In this document: positions 23,550 to 46,831 of the stretch, piece by piece
How the letters are laid out: each line of letters opens with the position of its first letter
Position numbering within the stretch: position 1 is the first letter of the stretch
From: Piromyces finnis finn
Lineage: Eukaryota; Fungi; Neocallimastigomycota
Direction: 5' to 3'
Length of the DNA stretch: 64,000 bases
NCBI GenBank assembly: GCA_002104945.1
Contig: MCFH01000026.1
Span: 62,001-126,000 of the forward strand
Position numbers and translations under genes: made by a program
Notes under the pieces: generated by a model
What the model was told of the DNA's origin: nothing
Seen by the model: only the letters and a program-made list of their open reading frames with translations
Databases searched by the model: none

Positions 23550-25279
23550 AATATTTTAAAGTATAACTAGTTTAGCAATAGTAATAATAATAATAACAAC
23601 GCTACTTTTGAAATAAATTTTATTTTTTTTTATAATAAATATTTAAAATCTTAATGTATTATATAAAATCAAAAAGATAATTATTGTTTAATAAAAATGA
23701 ATAAAATAATAAAGATATCCATAAAGTCATGATCATATCATATTTTTTTATAAAAAAAAAATAAAACCATGATTAGTATTCATCGTACTAGACCTATTGG
23801 GCTTAAATATTGGCCATAATTAATCATAGAATGATCAATATCATCATTATTTTAATTAATATTAACACTTCTAACCTAATTCCTAATAATATATAATATT
23901 AAATAATATTAAATAATAATTAAAGGTTTAGAATTTCAATATTTTATATTCTTCTTTTGGTATAGAATTCGTACATAAAATATATAGGGTTTTAATATTG
24001 GAATTGTAATAAAGGAAATTAAAAAATACATAACCATTTTGTTTAACAAAGGTATTCGTATAATACAATAAAAAAAAATAAAAACTATTAAAATAAAAAT
24101 AATTAATTGCTGATAATAATTTATTAAAAAAACATAACACTCAACTATTAACAATAAGTAAGTAATAAACATTTTTTCAGTTTGTTTATTGTATATTGCA
24201 TATTTATATAGAAAAAACGAATAGATTTTTGAATATTAGTATCATTTTAAAAAATAAATAATCCATGATTATATACAATTTAAATATCAATTAATCTTAT
24301 TTTTATAATAATAATAAAATTAAAAAAGAATTGGGAATAAAATGAAGATGATTTACAACTAAATAAGAATAATGATTGTGGTTTAATAGCTCTATTATAA
24401 TCTACAATTAGTTCAACATAAGATTCTCTATGTTGATTTCATTCTATTTTTTAATTATTTATGAAATATTTCTATTTCTACATTCTTATTTATGCCTTTA
24501 TATAAAATAAAATATTAAATTATTGAAATGTTTGAAATAAATATTTTACATTTTTATAAATGGTTTATTATTATGTTGCATTTTATATTCTATTGAATAG
24601 AAATTCTTCAATTGAAATTTTCTTTTTGTATATAATTTTAAAATTTTTAAATTATATTAAAAGGCGAATATGATTGGTCAAATAAAACTTTATTTTTTAC
24701 TAAAAAAAAGTAAATAATTTTGTTAAAGTGGGAATAAATAGGAAGGAAAGAAAGATTATCCAGGTGAAATTTTACCATAAAAAAAAACTATTTAAAAAAT
24801 ATTATAATTTTTTTTAAAAAAAAAAAAAAAAAAAATTAATCATAATAAATAAATAAAAAAAAATTAATAAATAAAATAAAAATACTTATTTCAATATAAA
24901 AATCAAATTTCAAAAAAAAAAAAAAAAAGCAATTTGTGCTAAAAAGGATATTTAGCCAGATTATAATAATTAATATATTAAATTATTTTATTATCTTAAA
25001 TATATAAAAGGTAAAATAACACTAAAATTGAATATATTGTTCTTGTGAAAATTGGAAAAAAAATAGTATTATTTGATTTTAAATAGTATAGTATTTAACA
25101 AATGAAATTTTAAATAAAAAAAAGATTATTTTAAAATTTACCCGATTTAAATTAAAATACTTTTAAAATTCAAAATATATATATATAATTACAATGATTA
25201 TTTAAATTTTTATTTATTTCCGAGGAATATCTAAATAACTATATTTTATTGTAATTATTATCATCATTGAATAACAGAA

Positions 25280-27220
25280 ATGTCTTTAATTAAGCAAACA
25301 TTACCTGTTGCTAAAACTGCCATTACTAATAGTTTATATCCAACAAGTGTAAAATTATTCAATAACGTAAATCAAATTAGATTATTAAATACTGACGATG
25401 GCACAAATCAAAAATTAAAATTAAAAGATAAAATAAAACAATCAAAAATATTTAATCGTAAGAATAAAACTATTCAATACCAAAGTCTTAGAAAAGAAAA
25501 GAAAAAATCTCAAAAAACCTCTCCACCACCAAGTGGTTCTCATCCAATTCTTAACACTGTTATCTTTTTAGGAGGAGCTGCAACTTTAGCTTTCTTATTT
25601 ACTGGTACTTCAATAGTTCTTCATTAAAATAATCAACCAAAATTTAATTTTTAAAATAATTTGAAATTCCACCCTAATTAACTAAAAAAAAAAAAAAAAC
25701 AATATATTATTATTAAAGGTTGGCCAGGAAAAGACGATGATCCATATAATGTTGATGAATGGGTTTATCGTTCAAAAAAACAAATTAAAAAATTTACAGA
25801 GGTATTATATTAAATCAACACTATAAATATGTAAAATTGTGGTTTCTAATTAAATATTAATTTATATATATGTAAAAAAAAAAAAAAATAAATGTTTAAA
25901 TAGGAACCAAAGGTTTCAAAAATCTTACCAGATGAATTACCAGCTCCACATTGTCAACCATTCACACTTTTCATAAATTTAGATGATATTTTAGTTAAAA
26001 GTAGTTGGGATGTATGTCTATTATTTAATATGTAATATAATAGTAAATATTCTTATTATTAATTAAAACTATTTTACTCGATGATATTGAAAATTTTATA
26101 TAGCCAGAAAATGGTTGGCATGTTGTTAAAAGACCAGGTGTCGATTTCTTTATTCAATATTTAGCACAATTTTATGAAATTGTTATCTATTCTGATACAA
26201 ATATTGAAGTAAATATAAATATTTTTAAAATTTAATTGTTTTGTTTATAATATAATATATATATAACGAATGTTAATATCAATATCATAATTTATTATAT
26301 TATTAGACTACTGAACCAGTTATAAATAATCTTGATCCAAACGGTGTTGTTTTAAATAGATTATATAATAAGGATATAAGTTCTATGACAAGAAAGCATC
26401 AAAAGGATTTACATTGTTTAAATAGAGATATTAAAAAAGTTATTGTTCTTGATTCAAACAAAAGTTCATATAAGAAATACGAAAATAATGTTGTATTAAT
26501 TAATGAATGGGATGGTGAAAAGAGCGATAATGAATTATTAAAATTAATTCCATTCTTTGAATGTAAATATCAGTAATATAAGATAGATAATAACTTAAAT
26601 AGGAATTTTTCTTATTGATAACTAATAATGGATTAAACATATATTATCTTTTAATAGGTATGGCCATTACTTTACCAAATGATATTAGACCAGTAATAAA
26701 ATCATATTCAGGAAAGAAGCTATCCGATGCATTCATGGAACATCAAAACATATTACGTGAAAAGTTTAATAAACAAAACAATGAAATATTAAAAAAGAGA
26801 GAAGAAAAGAAGCTTCAAACTAAAGTAAATGGTAAATATAAAATTAAAAAAAAAAAAAAAAAGAAAAAGAAAATATAACGAATTTTTTTTTTAAAAAATA
26901 AAATGTAATAATAATTAATAATATTTTTTCATACTTTATAAATAGATAATGAAAATGGTATTGTAAATGCCTTATTTGGTGGAAGAAATAGAATGGCTCA
27001 AGAAATACCACAAGAAGAAGAAAGTTATGAAGCTCCATTAACTAATCCAGTAGATGATATGGATCAAAGAAGAAAGAATATGAGAAAGGCTTTCTTCAGA
27101 CAAAGATCAGAATGGGCCAGTATGGCTGATGAACAAAGAAGATTAACTATGGAAAGCATAGAAAATCAATTCAATTCAAAAGAAAAAGAAGAATCAATAA
27201 AAGATATTAATTTAGAATAA
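25280..27220 (+). CDS. TIM50: Mitochondrial/hydrogenosomal inner-membrane import receptor Tim50, multi-exon
   Basis: Presequence-like N-terminus, one TM segment ([17 protein letters not shown]), then [101 protein letters not shown]. Confidence 0.92.
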
Positions 27221-27400
27221 ATTTTAAAAATGAATTTTTTTTATTATTAATTTAATTACATATCATACTTTTATTTATTAATTGTTTAAAAAAAAAAAAA
27301 AATACTACAAGAACTATATTTTTTAATAAAAAGTTAACAATAAAATCAAAAAAAGTCAATATTTAACAACTAGATATAAATTATAAATAATAAAAATAGA

Positions 27401-27436
<36 letters not shown>

Positions 27437-29131
27437 TTTATTATTGTTTTTTTTTTTTGTTTTGTTTTGTTTGTTTTTTCTTTTTTTTTTTTTTTTTCCC
27501 CTCTCTCTACCTTTTAATATACATAGTCTATAGAAATTTTTAAAAAAAAAAAAAAAAAAGGAAAAAAATTTTAAGCCTATATATCATTCACTAAATATAA
27601 CATATAAAAAAAAATAATAATAATAATAATAGTAATAATAATAGTAATAATAATAATGATAATAATAATGATAATAATAATGATAATACTAATAAATAAA
27701 TAAATAAAAAAGTAAAAAATAAAAAAAAAAAAAATAAATAAAAATAAGATTATAAATAAAATAAAATAAAATAAAATTAATAAAAAAAGTATAAAAAAAA
27801 AAAAAAAGAGGTTGAATCCTCCTTTTTATAAATTTAATTTTTATCCTTTACTATTATTTCAATTCAAACTTTCATATAATTCAAAGTATAGATTATATTT
27901 AATTTGATTTATCCATTATCATAATAAAAAGTTGATTACCATGATAAAGAAAAAAGAAAAGAAAAAAAAAAAAAAAACTTTTTTTTTTTATAAATAAAAA
28001 AGAATAATTTTTTTTTTTTTTTTATTTTTAATAATATTAACATTTTTGTTGTTTTTATTTTTATTTTACATGAATAAAGAAAAATATTAAAGGAGGGAAA
28101 AAAAAAAAAAAAAAAATTATATATGATGTAGAGTTTAGGAATTATTATTATTATTTTTATTATTATTATAAATAATAATAATAAAAAAGTTATTAAATTA
28201 AAAATTAGTTATAATAGGTATGACTTAAAATATATATTTCTTTTTTTTTTAAAAAAAAAAAAAAAAAAAAAAATTATTAAATAAGAAAAAAAAAATTTAA
28301 AGATATATATATATATATATTTAAAAAAAGGTAAAATGTTTTATAAAGTATCTAAATATAATTATTAAAAAAAAAAAAAAAAAAAGAGAGAATTTAAATG
28401 AATTTTTTAAATGTATATTATTACTACTGTTTTATAAATACAATGATAAAATAAAAGAAATTAAAAATTAAATATATATTAAATATGAATAGTAAAAAAA
28501 AATAATAATAATAATAATAATAATAAAAATCTTAAAATTGTGTTTGTCAATTATATTGTTGGCAATACTGACATTCTATATTTAAAATATGTTCTTTTTT
28601 CTTGATTTTTTTTATGTTTTTTTTTTTTTTTACGTTTTTGATTTTGTTTTGTAAATTGTTTGTTTGCTTATTTTGTATCTTTTATATATATTTATTATTG
28701 CTATGATTATTATTATCATTATTATTATTATATGCATTTATACACCATACATATTCGATGAATATTTGTGGCTTTTTTTTTTTATTATTATTATTATTTG
28801 TTATATTGTTAATTGCATTTTCTTAACTATTTATACATAAATGTTATGTTGTTTTTTTTTTTTTTTTTTGGTTTTTTTTTTTTTGGTTTGTTTGTGTTTA
28901 TTTTTGTTTTTGTTTCTTTTCTTAAATAAATTGACTCAATTATGATTTTTTTTTAAAAATTTTAAATGCTTTTGTTCTCTTTACTATTATATAAATGTTG
29001 AAACAGTAGACTAACTTTTTATTAATAAAAATAAATTTTATTATATATATTTTGATTTTTTTTTAACATAAATAGTGAAGGCCAAAATAATTATAAATGG
29101 ATTTAATGGTACGGACTAAATATTTATCAAT

Positions 29132-32100
29132 CTACTTTTTTTGTTCTAATGAATATAATAATAAATATGGTAATTGATTTTTATTTGGTGTTGTAACTTC
29201 TAATTCGTTTGTTTGTTTTATTTTTGTATCATCAAAGTTTAACCATCTATTATTACATTGTTTAACAGCACAAGTATAATGACCACCACCAGCCATCTTT
29301 CCATGATGATTAACCACTAATTGTAAAAAAAAAAAAAAAATTAAAAAATAGAAATTAATATTAAACTTCATAAAATAGTAATAATAGTTTTTATTGCTGC
29401 TTATATTATTTTAAATACTAACCAGCAAATAAATTGTATTTATATGTTCCATGATTCTTTAAACTTGGAGATAATAAATCAGGTTGAATTTCTAATACTG
29501 GTTTAAAGTTTATAGTTTTTTGTACTTTTTGAGTAGTATTATGATCAAATGTAAAACATTTTAAATGTAATAATAAAACATTTGGTAAGCCATCAATAAC
29601 ATTTTGTTTTGTTGCACTAACTTTAGTTCCATTAACACTATAATCAGGAACAATTTCTGGTTTTGTTAAATTTTCTAAAGCATCTTCTATATCATAAACA
29701 TCACTTGGCTTTAATTTTATTGAAAAAAATAATTAAAAAAAAAAAATTATATCAATAAACTATTTGTAATATTTAATAAAAAAAATAAATTTAAATTATA
29801 TAATTACAGTAATATCTAATTGTAAAGATAAGAATGGTTCAATAGTAGCTGAACCTTTGGTTCCTGGACATTTTAAAATTGATTTTATTCTACCACCGAA
29901 AATCTTATTAATTGGGGATTCTTTAACTTCTGCTTCTCTAGTAACAACAAGTTTATTTTTTGGACCAACTTCCATCCAACCATCTGATTCAGACTTCTTG
30001 TTAGTATTGGAAGTGTGAACATATTCTATTAAAATAAAATATAATAATTAATTATTTTTCTTCTATTTACTATAAACTATATAAAAATTAATGACTTATA
30101 ATTTATGTATTAACATACTTGATACAAATTCATCATGAATGCCATTTAATAAAAATCCTAAATATTCTTCAGCATCTTCTTGTCTACCTTGTAAAGAATT
30201 TGTTGAGTTGAATTTTCTTAAAGTATTATAAACATATTCTGGAAGGAAGGATTCACCATAGTTTTCAATATCTAAATCCTTCTTTTTAACAACCTTAAAT
30301 TCATCAAAGAACATAATCCTATATTATTATAAAAAGATTTATGAATATTTAATTCATATTTACATTATTATAATTAAAATACTTTTTATAAATTACTTAC
30401 ATAGATTCAATAATAGAAGGTTTTTTACCCATATTACTAACAGTTTCTTTCTTAAGTGAATAAATAAAGTTATAAAATGGTGGACAATACAATAATGGTT
30501 GTAAAATAGCATTCATAAAGCACATATTTCCATTGTTGACTAAACCACGTGGTTGTATTGGAACTGGCTCAAATGAAATCTTAATTTTATCATTTACTAT
30601 TGATAAATATTTATATAAATATTAACAAATGTATTTAAAATATAATGATAATAATTTAATTACTAATAAATAAAATATAATAATAAAAGTTTTCATTATT
30701 TTAACTATTATACATACAATTGACTGGTTCATTTACATTTGTTTGTCCCTTTGGAACTGTTTTTGTAGCTGAGACTTTCACCTTATTAATTTTAGTTTTA
30801 GTTGCGTTTGCTTTTATATCTTCCTTTGAGAAAAGAGAGGCCCATGATTTAGGTTTGGATTCTTCTTTCTTAACTTCTTCCTTCTTTTCTTCTTTATTTT
30901 CTTCACTAACTACACTTGGAGTAGTAGGATTTTCAGTTTTAATTTCCTTTTCTTCTTTATTTTCTTCCTTTATTAAATCATTATCATTAGATTCATTTGA
31001 CTTATTATCTTTACTAGATTTAGTAGTAGTACTCTTCTTCTTATCGTTTGTCTTTTTCTTATTCGTATTTTCCATTAACTTACTAGCATAACTATTTTTA
31101 TTGACTTCCTTTACTTCTTTACTCTTTTTTTGTTGTTCATTAGTTTTAATTTTCTTGTCGTTTATTGTTTTATTTTTATTAATCTCATTAGATTTTTGGT
31201 TTTCTTCAGTTTCTGTTTTTTCAACCTTCTCTTTTACATTCTTTTTTTTCTTTGATTGTTGTTGTTCCTTATCTGTTGAACTTTCTTTTTCATTTTTTTC
31301 GACATTTATCTTTTTTCCTTTTTCATTATCAATATCTTCCTTTATAGTCTTTGATTCATCATTTTGAATAATTTCATTTTTAATTTGATCTTCCTGAGTT
31401 TCTGTTAAATCCTCAGTTGATGCTTCAATATCAATAACTACATCCTGATTTTTGTTATTTTCTACATGATCTTCTTGTTGTTCACTAATATTTTCTTCAT
31501 TCATTGGCATCATTTGCTTTTGTTCTTCTATTCTTCCTCCTGGCATATTTTGCATCATAGTTGTTGATGGAACATTCATTGGAATAAATGGTACTTGAGC
31601 ATGTCCATTTACTGGACCATTTTCCATATCATAATCCATTCTATGTGGATTTCCTGGCATCATTCCTTCTTGAGGTGCGTATGTACCATATGTGAAATTT
31701 CTTTGAGGTACTCTCATTTGATAAAACATATCAGGTGTTTGTGGATAGTATTGAAAAACTGGGTAATAAAAGTTTACGGGTATCATATATGGGGTAGATG
31801 CTTGGTTAACATATGGAGTAGTTTTTTCTTTATTTTTTGGTACAAAATCTCTTGCGTGTGGATTTAATCCTTTATTTTTTATATTATTTATTATATCATC
31901 TTTGATAATATTATTATTTATTATCATTTATTAATAATTAATTAATTATATAATCCAATATTTAAAACAAGTTAATATCTAATACTATTTACCTTTTTCC
32001 TTCTCTAATCTTCCTTTATTTCTTGGTAAAACTAATTGTTTTTTAAGATTTCCGTCTTTTGGCTTATAAATCCATTCATTCTATATTCATTATAAACATT

Positions 32101-32382
32101 ATAAATTTATAAATAAAATGTTAAAAAAAAATTTTTTTTAAATATTAGTTTTTAATACATAAAATGAAAATACATCATTTGGGTCTTTCTCATATCCCCC
32201 ATTGACCATAATTTTGTCAATATCTTCTCGAGTAAATTCTCCAAAATTAATGGAACTATTCTCACAATTTGATTCCTAATAAAAATAAAATATATATATA
32301 TATTAATTGTCACTTTTGATACATTATTATTTATCAAATTATATTTATAATAAAATTAAGTTATCCTTACTTTTTCAGTCAT
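29132..32382 (-). CDS. UBP3: Ubiquitin C-terminal hydrolase, Ubp3/USP10 subfamily, multi-exon
   Basis: Cys box IQPRGLVNNGNMCFMNAILQPL, GRQEDAEEYLGFLL, WMEVGPKNK, ESPINKIFGG, His box HHGKMAGGGHYT...WLNFDD. N-terminal PAM2-like LNPHARDFVP. Start inferred at the ATG ACT GAA AAA micro-exon (32382). Confidence 0.92.
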
Positions 32383-34169
32383 TATCAATATATTTTAAAA
32401 ACTGGGTTTTTTTTTAGATATTAATAAAATAAATTTAAATAGCTATTCCTTTTATTATCGTTTTTATTTTTAGTGTATTATTTTAAATATACCTTTTTAT
32501 TATCATTGAATAATAAATAACATCTAATAATTTTTGATTTTAAATATTTTATTATTTCTATAATTTAATTTTAAAATATAACTACTCTTTATAAATATGT
32601 CTTCTAGTAACGTAATAGATTTTAAATAATTTGATTTTACAAATAAATATCTTTTAATCGAAGTAAAAATAATGAATTGTTTTATTAAAAATTGAATTGG
32701 TGAATTTTTACAATGTATTTAATTTTGAAATAATTATGCACTTTTTTTTATATATATATTATTATAATATTAGTTTATGAATTTATTTTATATAATATAA
32801 TTTATCAAATATCTAGTTGAAAAAATGGTATATTGGTATTTAATATTTGATAAAAGTAATTTTTTTTAATATAAAAATGAATATATTGAATAGATTTGGT
32901 ATTCTAAATAAATAAATATAGTTCGCTCTAAATCTATTATGTATTAATTTTTATAAAAATAAATATTATTTTAGTTAGCATTTATTTAATAATAATTATT
33001 ATATTTATTGATTAATAAAAAAAAAAAAAAGAAAAGAATTTCTTGTATATTTGATTTTATGTTCATATTTTTTCATTATTGTTGTTATTTTATTTTTTAA
33101 TTTGAAATAAATATAAAAAAATCTCTGATAATAATATTAAACTAATTTAAAATTTGTAACATTTCAAATGATATTAATGAATTTTATACACAAAATCTAA
33201 GTTATAGTTGTGATAAATAATAAACAATATACATTTTATTGTTTATTTATTTGTGTAATAATTTAATTTATTTATTCTGAAACTTGATAAAATCCATTAT
33301 AAATATTATTGATGTATTATAATTAATATATTATACATTATAAAAATAATAATAATAAAAAATATTTTTTATTACCTTTACTTTTTTTTTTGTCTTTTAT
33401 AAATTTTCAATTAATGACTTATTTTTTTTATACATATATTATTTTATATATTCTTAATCCTTTTTCTGCAATCAAAAAGAATAAATTTTCATTCCAAAGT
33501 AATTATTTTTTTTATTTAATCCTCTTTTTTTTTTTTTTTAACTTATTGTATGATTATTAATAATAATAATTCATCTTTTATTTAACAATTGATTGTTGTA
33601 ATTATATTTATATATAAATATAAATATATAAATATAGATATATTGTTTATCAAAATATTAAATTCTTAAAATTAAATTTAATGGAAGAGTTGTATTGAAA
33701 TAAAAAAAAAAAAAATAAACACACATGTATAATTAATTATAAAAAAAAGTTTTTCTATAATATATATAATATATAATATTAAATAATGTACAATACACTC
33801 AAAATATATTGGAATTAATTTATGTAGTTAATGTTTTTTTTAATATGAAAAATTTTATAAGAATTAACCTTTCTCCATATAATAAATAAGAAATACTAAT
33901 TCATCTTTTTTATACAATGTATCATAAATAATTTTTCTTATCCTTAACACTACATAGAAAAAAAGAAAATATAATACTAAAAACAAACATAAATATAACT
34001 AATATAAATAAAATCAATATATTTTTTTATCTTTTTTTTTTCTCAATTTATAATAATATACATATTTTTAAGTATTGCAAAGGTTAGCATTATATAAAAG
34101 TTCTATTTGAAGAAGTAGAAAAATGAAAATCCACCAATCATTAATATTGATGATCTATTAGAAATATTT

Positions 34170-34172
34170 TGA

Positions 34173-34255
<83 letters not shown>

Positions 34256-34292
34256 GTTTATTATTATGTTTATTATTATTATTATTATTATG

Positions 34293-34354
<62 letters not shown>

Positions 34355-34455
34355 GTTTATTATTATTATTATGTTTATTATTATTATTATGTTTATTAGT
34401 AGTAGTAGTTAGTAGTGGTAGTATTATGTTTATTATTATGGTCATGTTTATTAGT
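34170..34455. repeat. (TTA)n microsatellite with TGT interruptions
   Basis: Long tta run with recurring attatgttt variants; the source of spurious poly-N/poly-Y ORFs. Confidence 0.9.
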
Positions 34456-35055
34456 ATTATTATTATTATTTTCATGACTAATACTAATTATTTAAATAAT
34501 GTATCATGTGATGGAAATTTTATGTCTAATTCTAGGGAAGATATATTTTTAATAACATATAGAATATTTTTTAATAATTGAGATCCATCATTTCTTAATA
34601 TAAATATGGAGTAATCATTTTTATACTTTTAATACATATTTATTAGTCATAATAATGTTACGGTATATAAATATTTTATTAAGTTAATATAACTTATTTG
34701 TTATAATTAATAATTACATGAATATCTATTATATATATATATATATTTATATAGTCAATGTTATTTATATTAAAATTATTAAAATCATTAATACTTAAAG
34801 TGTTATAAATAATAAAAAAAAAATAAAAAAAGGAAAGATAAATAAAAAGAAATGTGTTTACTAATTAAATTTAAAATAATAATAAAAATAAATATTAATA
34901 ATAAAAATAAATATTGAAATTTTAAATGAAATAATATAAAAATATTTAAAAAATAATTTTTATACTACATAAGAAAAAAAAAAGAAATAGATTTTTTTTT
35001 TCTTCTTTGTCCTTTTTCTTGTTAATAGTATAAAGATTTTTCCTATTTAATTACT

Positions 35056-38739
<3,684 letters not shown>

Positions 38740-40998
38740 TTTATTATATATTTAAAATAATTATTTTGAAACTATTGATAAATTGATATTTAATACATAA
38801 AGATATATATAAAAATGTGAGGATAGAACAATAATAATCAATATTTAAAATTCTCCAAATTTTTAAATTATTATTTATAAAAAAGTTAATCCAATGACAA
38901 ATTTTTAATAATATTTTATTATAATATAATAAAATTATTATTAATAATAGTAATTCGTCTTTGAAATTATATACCTTTATTATGTATTACTCAAAAGATA
39001 AAATGAAAATAAAAAATTATTTGTGTAGAATATAATTTATTATAGTATTAATTAAAAGTAAAAGTATACATTATTTTTTACTTAAAAATAATGTTTTTGT
39101 ATTTTAATTTATATGATATGTATGTATATATTTATTTATTTATTTCGCTTTTAATTCCAAATTTCAGAAAAAAAAAAAAAGTGTCAAATTGTTTTTTAGA
39201 TTTTGATAATAAAAAATATAAAGTAGTAATGTTAAATGGATATATATAATATATATAATATATATAATATATATAATATATATAATATTATAGCCTAGAT
39301 GAAATATAAAAAATAATTATAAATTTTTGATACTAAAATTGTTTCTTTATATTGAAAATAATTTCATTTAAAATAAATTTATATTACATATAATAAATAT
39401 GAATGTGATTGGATTTCAAAGTTGTTATAATGTATGGATTATAAATATTTTATAAAAAAATGAAAATTTTTATACAATAAAAATTAATGTTATATAAAGA
39501 TGCCTTCTTTAAAAATATTAAAACCTTTTTATTTATTTGGTTGTTAATAATTCTTTTTTATTTTATTTCATTAGATATTTAAATTCAAATCATTTATATT
39601 CATTAATTTTATTTTCAATAATCAAAATAGGTATATTTCAGATTTAAATACAATAATTTATTTCTTTTTTTTTTTAATTAATTATTTATTTATTTATATT
39701 AAAATATATACATCTATTCTATCCTACATAAAATTAATATAATTCTTAAATATCAAACGCTTAATATTTAAATTAGCGTTTATTATATAATTAATGTAAT
39801 TTTTTAAAATCTAAAGGTACTTATACACCAAAAATACCATGATTTAATAAATTTAAAAATTTATATAGATAGTATATTTAATGACTTTTTGTTGTTGTTG
39901 GTGTTTATTTTTACTAATTTCTCTGTATACTTCATCATTAAATGACATTAATATTAATGATCTATACGTTACACAAAATAATATTACCATTTTGATTTTG
40001 TTTTTGTTTATAAAAGTATCGAAAATGGCATTATTACATTATTATTCTATTCTATATAATTCAGAATAATAATAATAATAAAATATATAAAATATATAAT
40101 AATGGGTATTTATTATTCCTTTATAAATTTTATATGGTATTAAACATCATATAAATACACATTTTTTCTTTTTATATTTCCTGTTAAATATTATGGTAAC
40201 ACAATAGCAAATTAAAGTTGTTTGTTGTTTCTTATGAAATGGTTATATCTTTAAAGTATTTTTTTTTTATAATGATATTAAATACAGTAATAATTAAAAA
40301 TTAAAGTAATATTAATAATATTAATTAGTTCAAGAAAAATCTATTAAGTTTTATTGTATTATTTATTATTTTATTTTATTTTTTAATTTATTTTTAAGAT
40401 GAATAACTCATTTATACATCTTAAAAAAAAAAAAAATAATAATTTGAATGATAAAAATGGCATATATTTATTAATATTATAAAGTTAAAAAAAAAAAAAA
40501 AAACTTCATTATACTTATACCTATAACAAAGATAAAGAATTAAAGAAATAAATATAAACTTTTATTAAAACAACCATACAAAAAAAAAATAAAAATAAAA
40601 AATATTAAAATGGGGTATTATTATTAAAATCATAAGATTTTTTGTTTGTTTGGAATGTATAAAAATAAAAAAAAAAACCTTTTTATATTTCTTTAATAAA
40701 TCGTCAATGCTAATAAATAATATAACAATTTAAAAAAAATAAATATTGAAACAACCATTGTATATAGAGTTGATATTAAAAGGAAAATTATTTTTCTTTT
40801 AATTTCTTTCTTTTTTTTTTCAATATATATAATACTTTGTAAAGATATTCCGTCGATCAAATAAATATCTTAACCCTTTTTTTTTTTTTTTTTGGTAATA
40901 ATAGAATAATAGTCTATTATTATTTTATGTTATTTATAAATCTAGGCATGATAATATAATAATAATTAAAATATTGAAATAATTATGGTTTTCATAAT

Positions 40999-46831
<5,833 letters not shown>

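Noticed and set aside
34490-34640. Short minus-strand open frame (NDYSIFILRNDGSQLLKNIL...) next to the AAT array
   Set aside because: No start, splice partners or recognisable domain.
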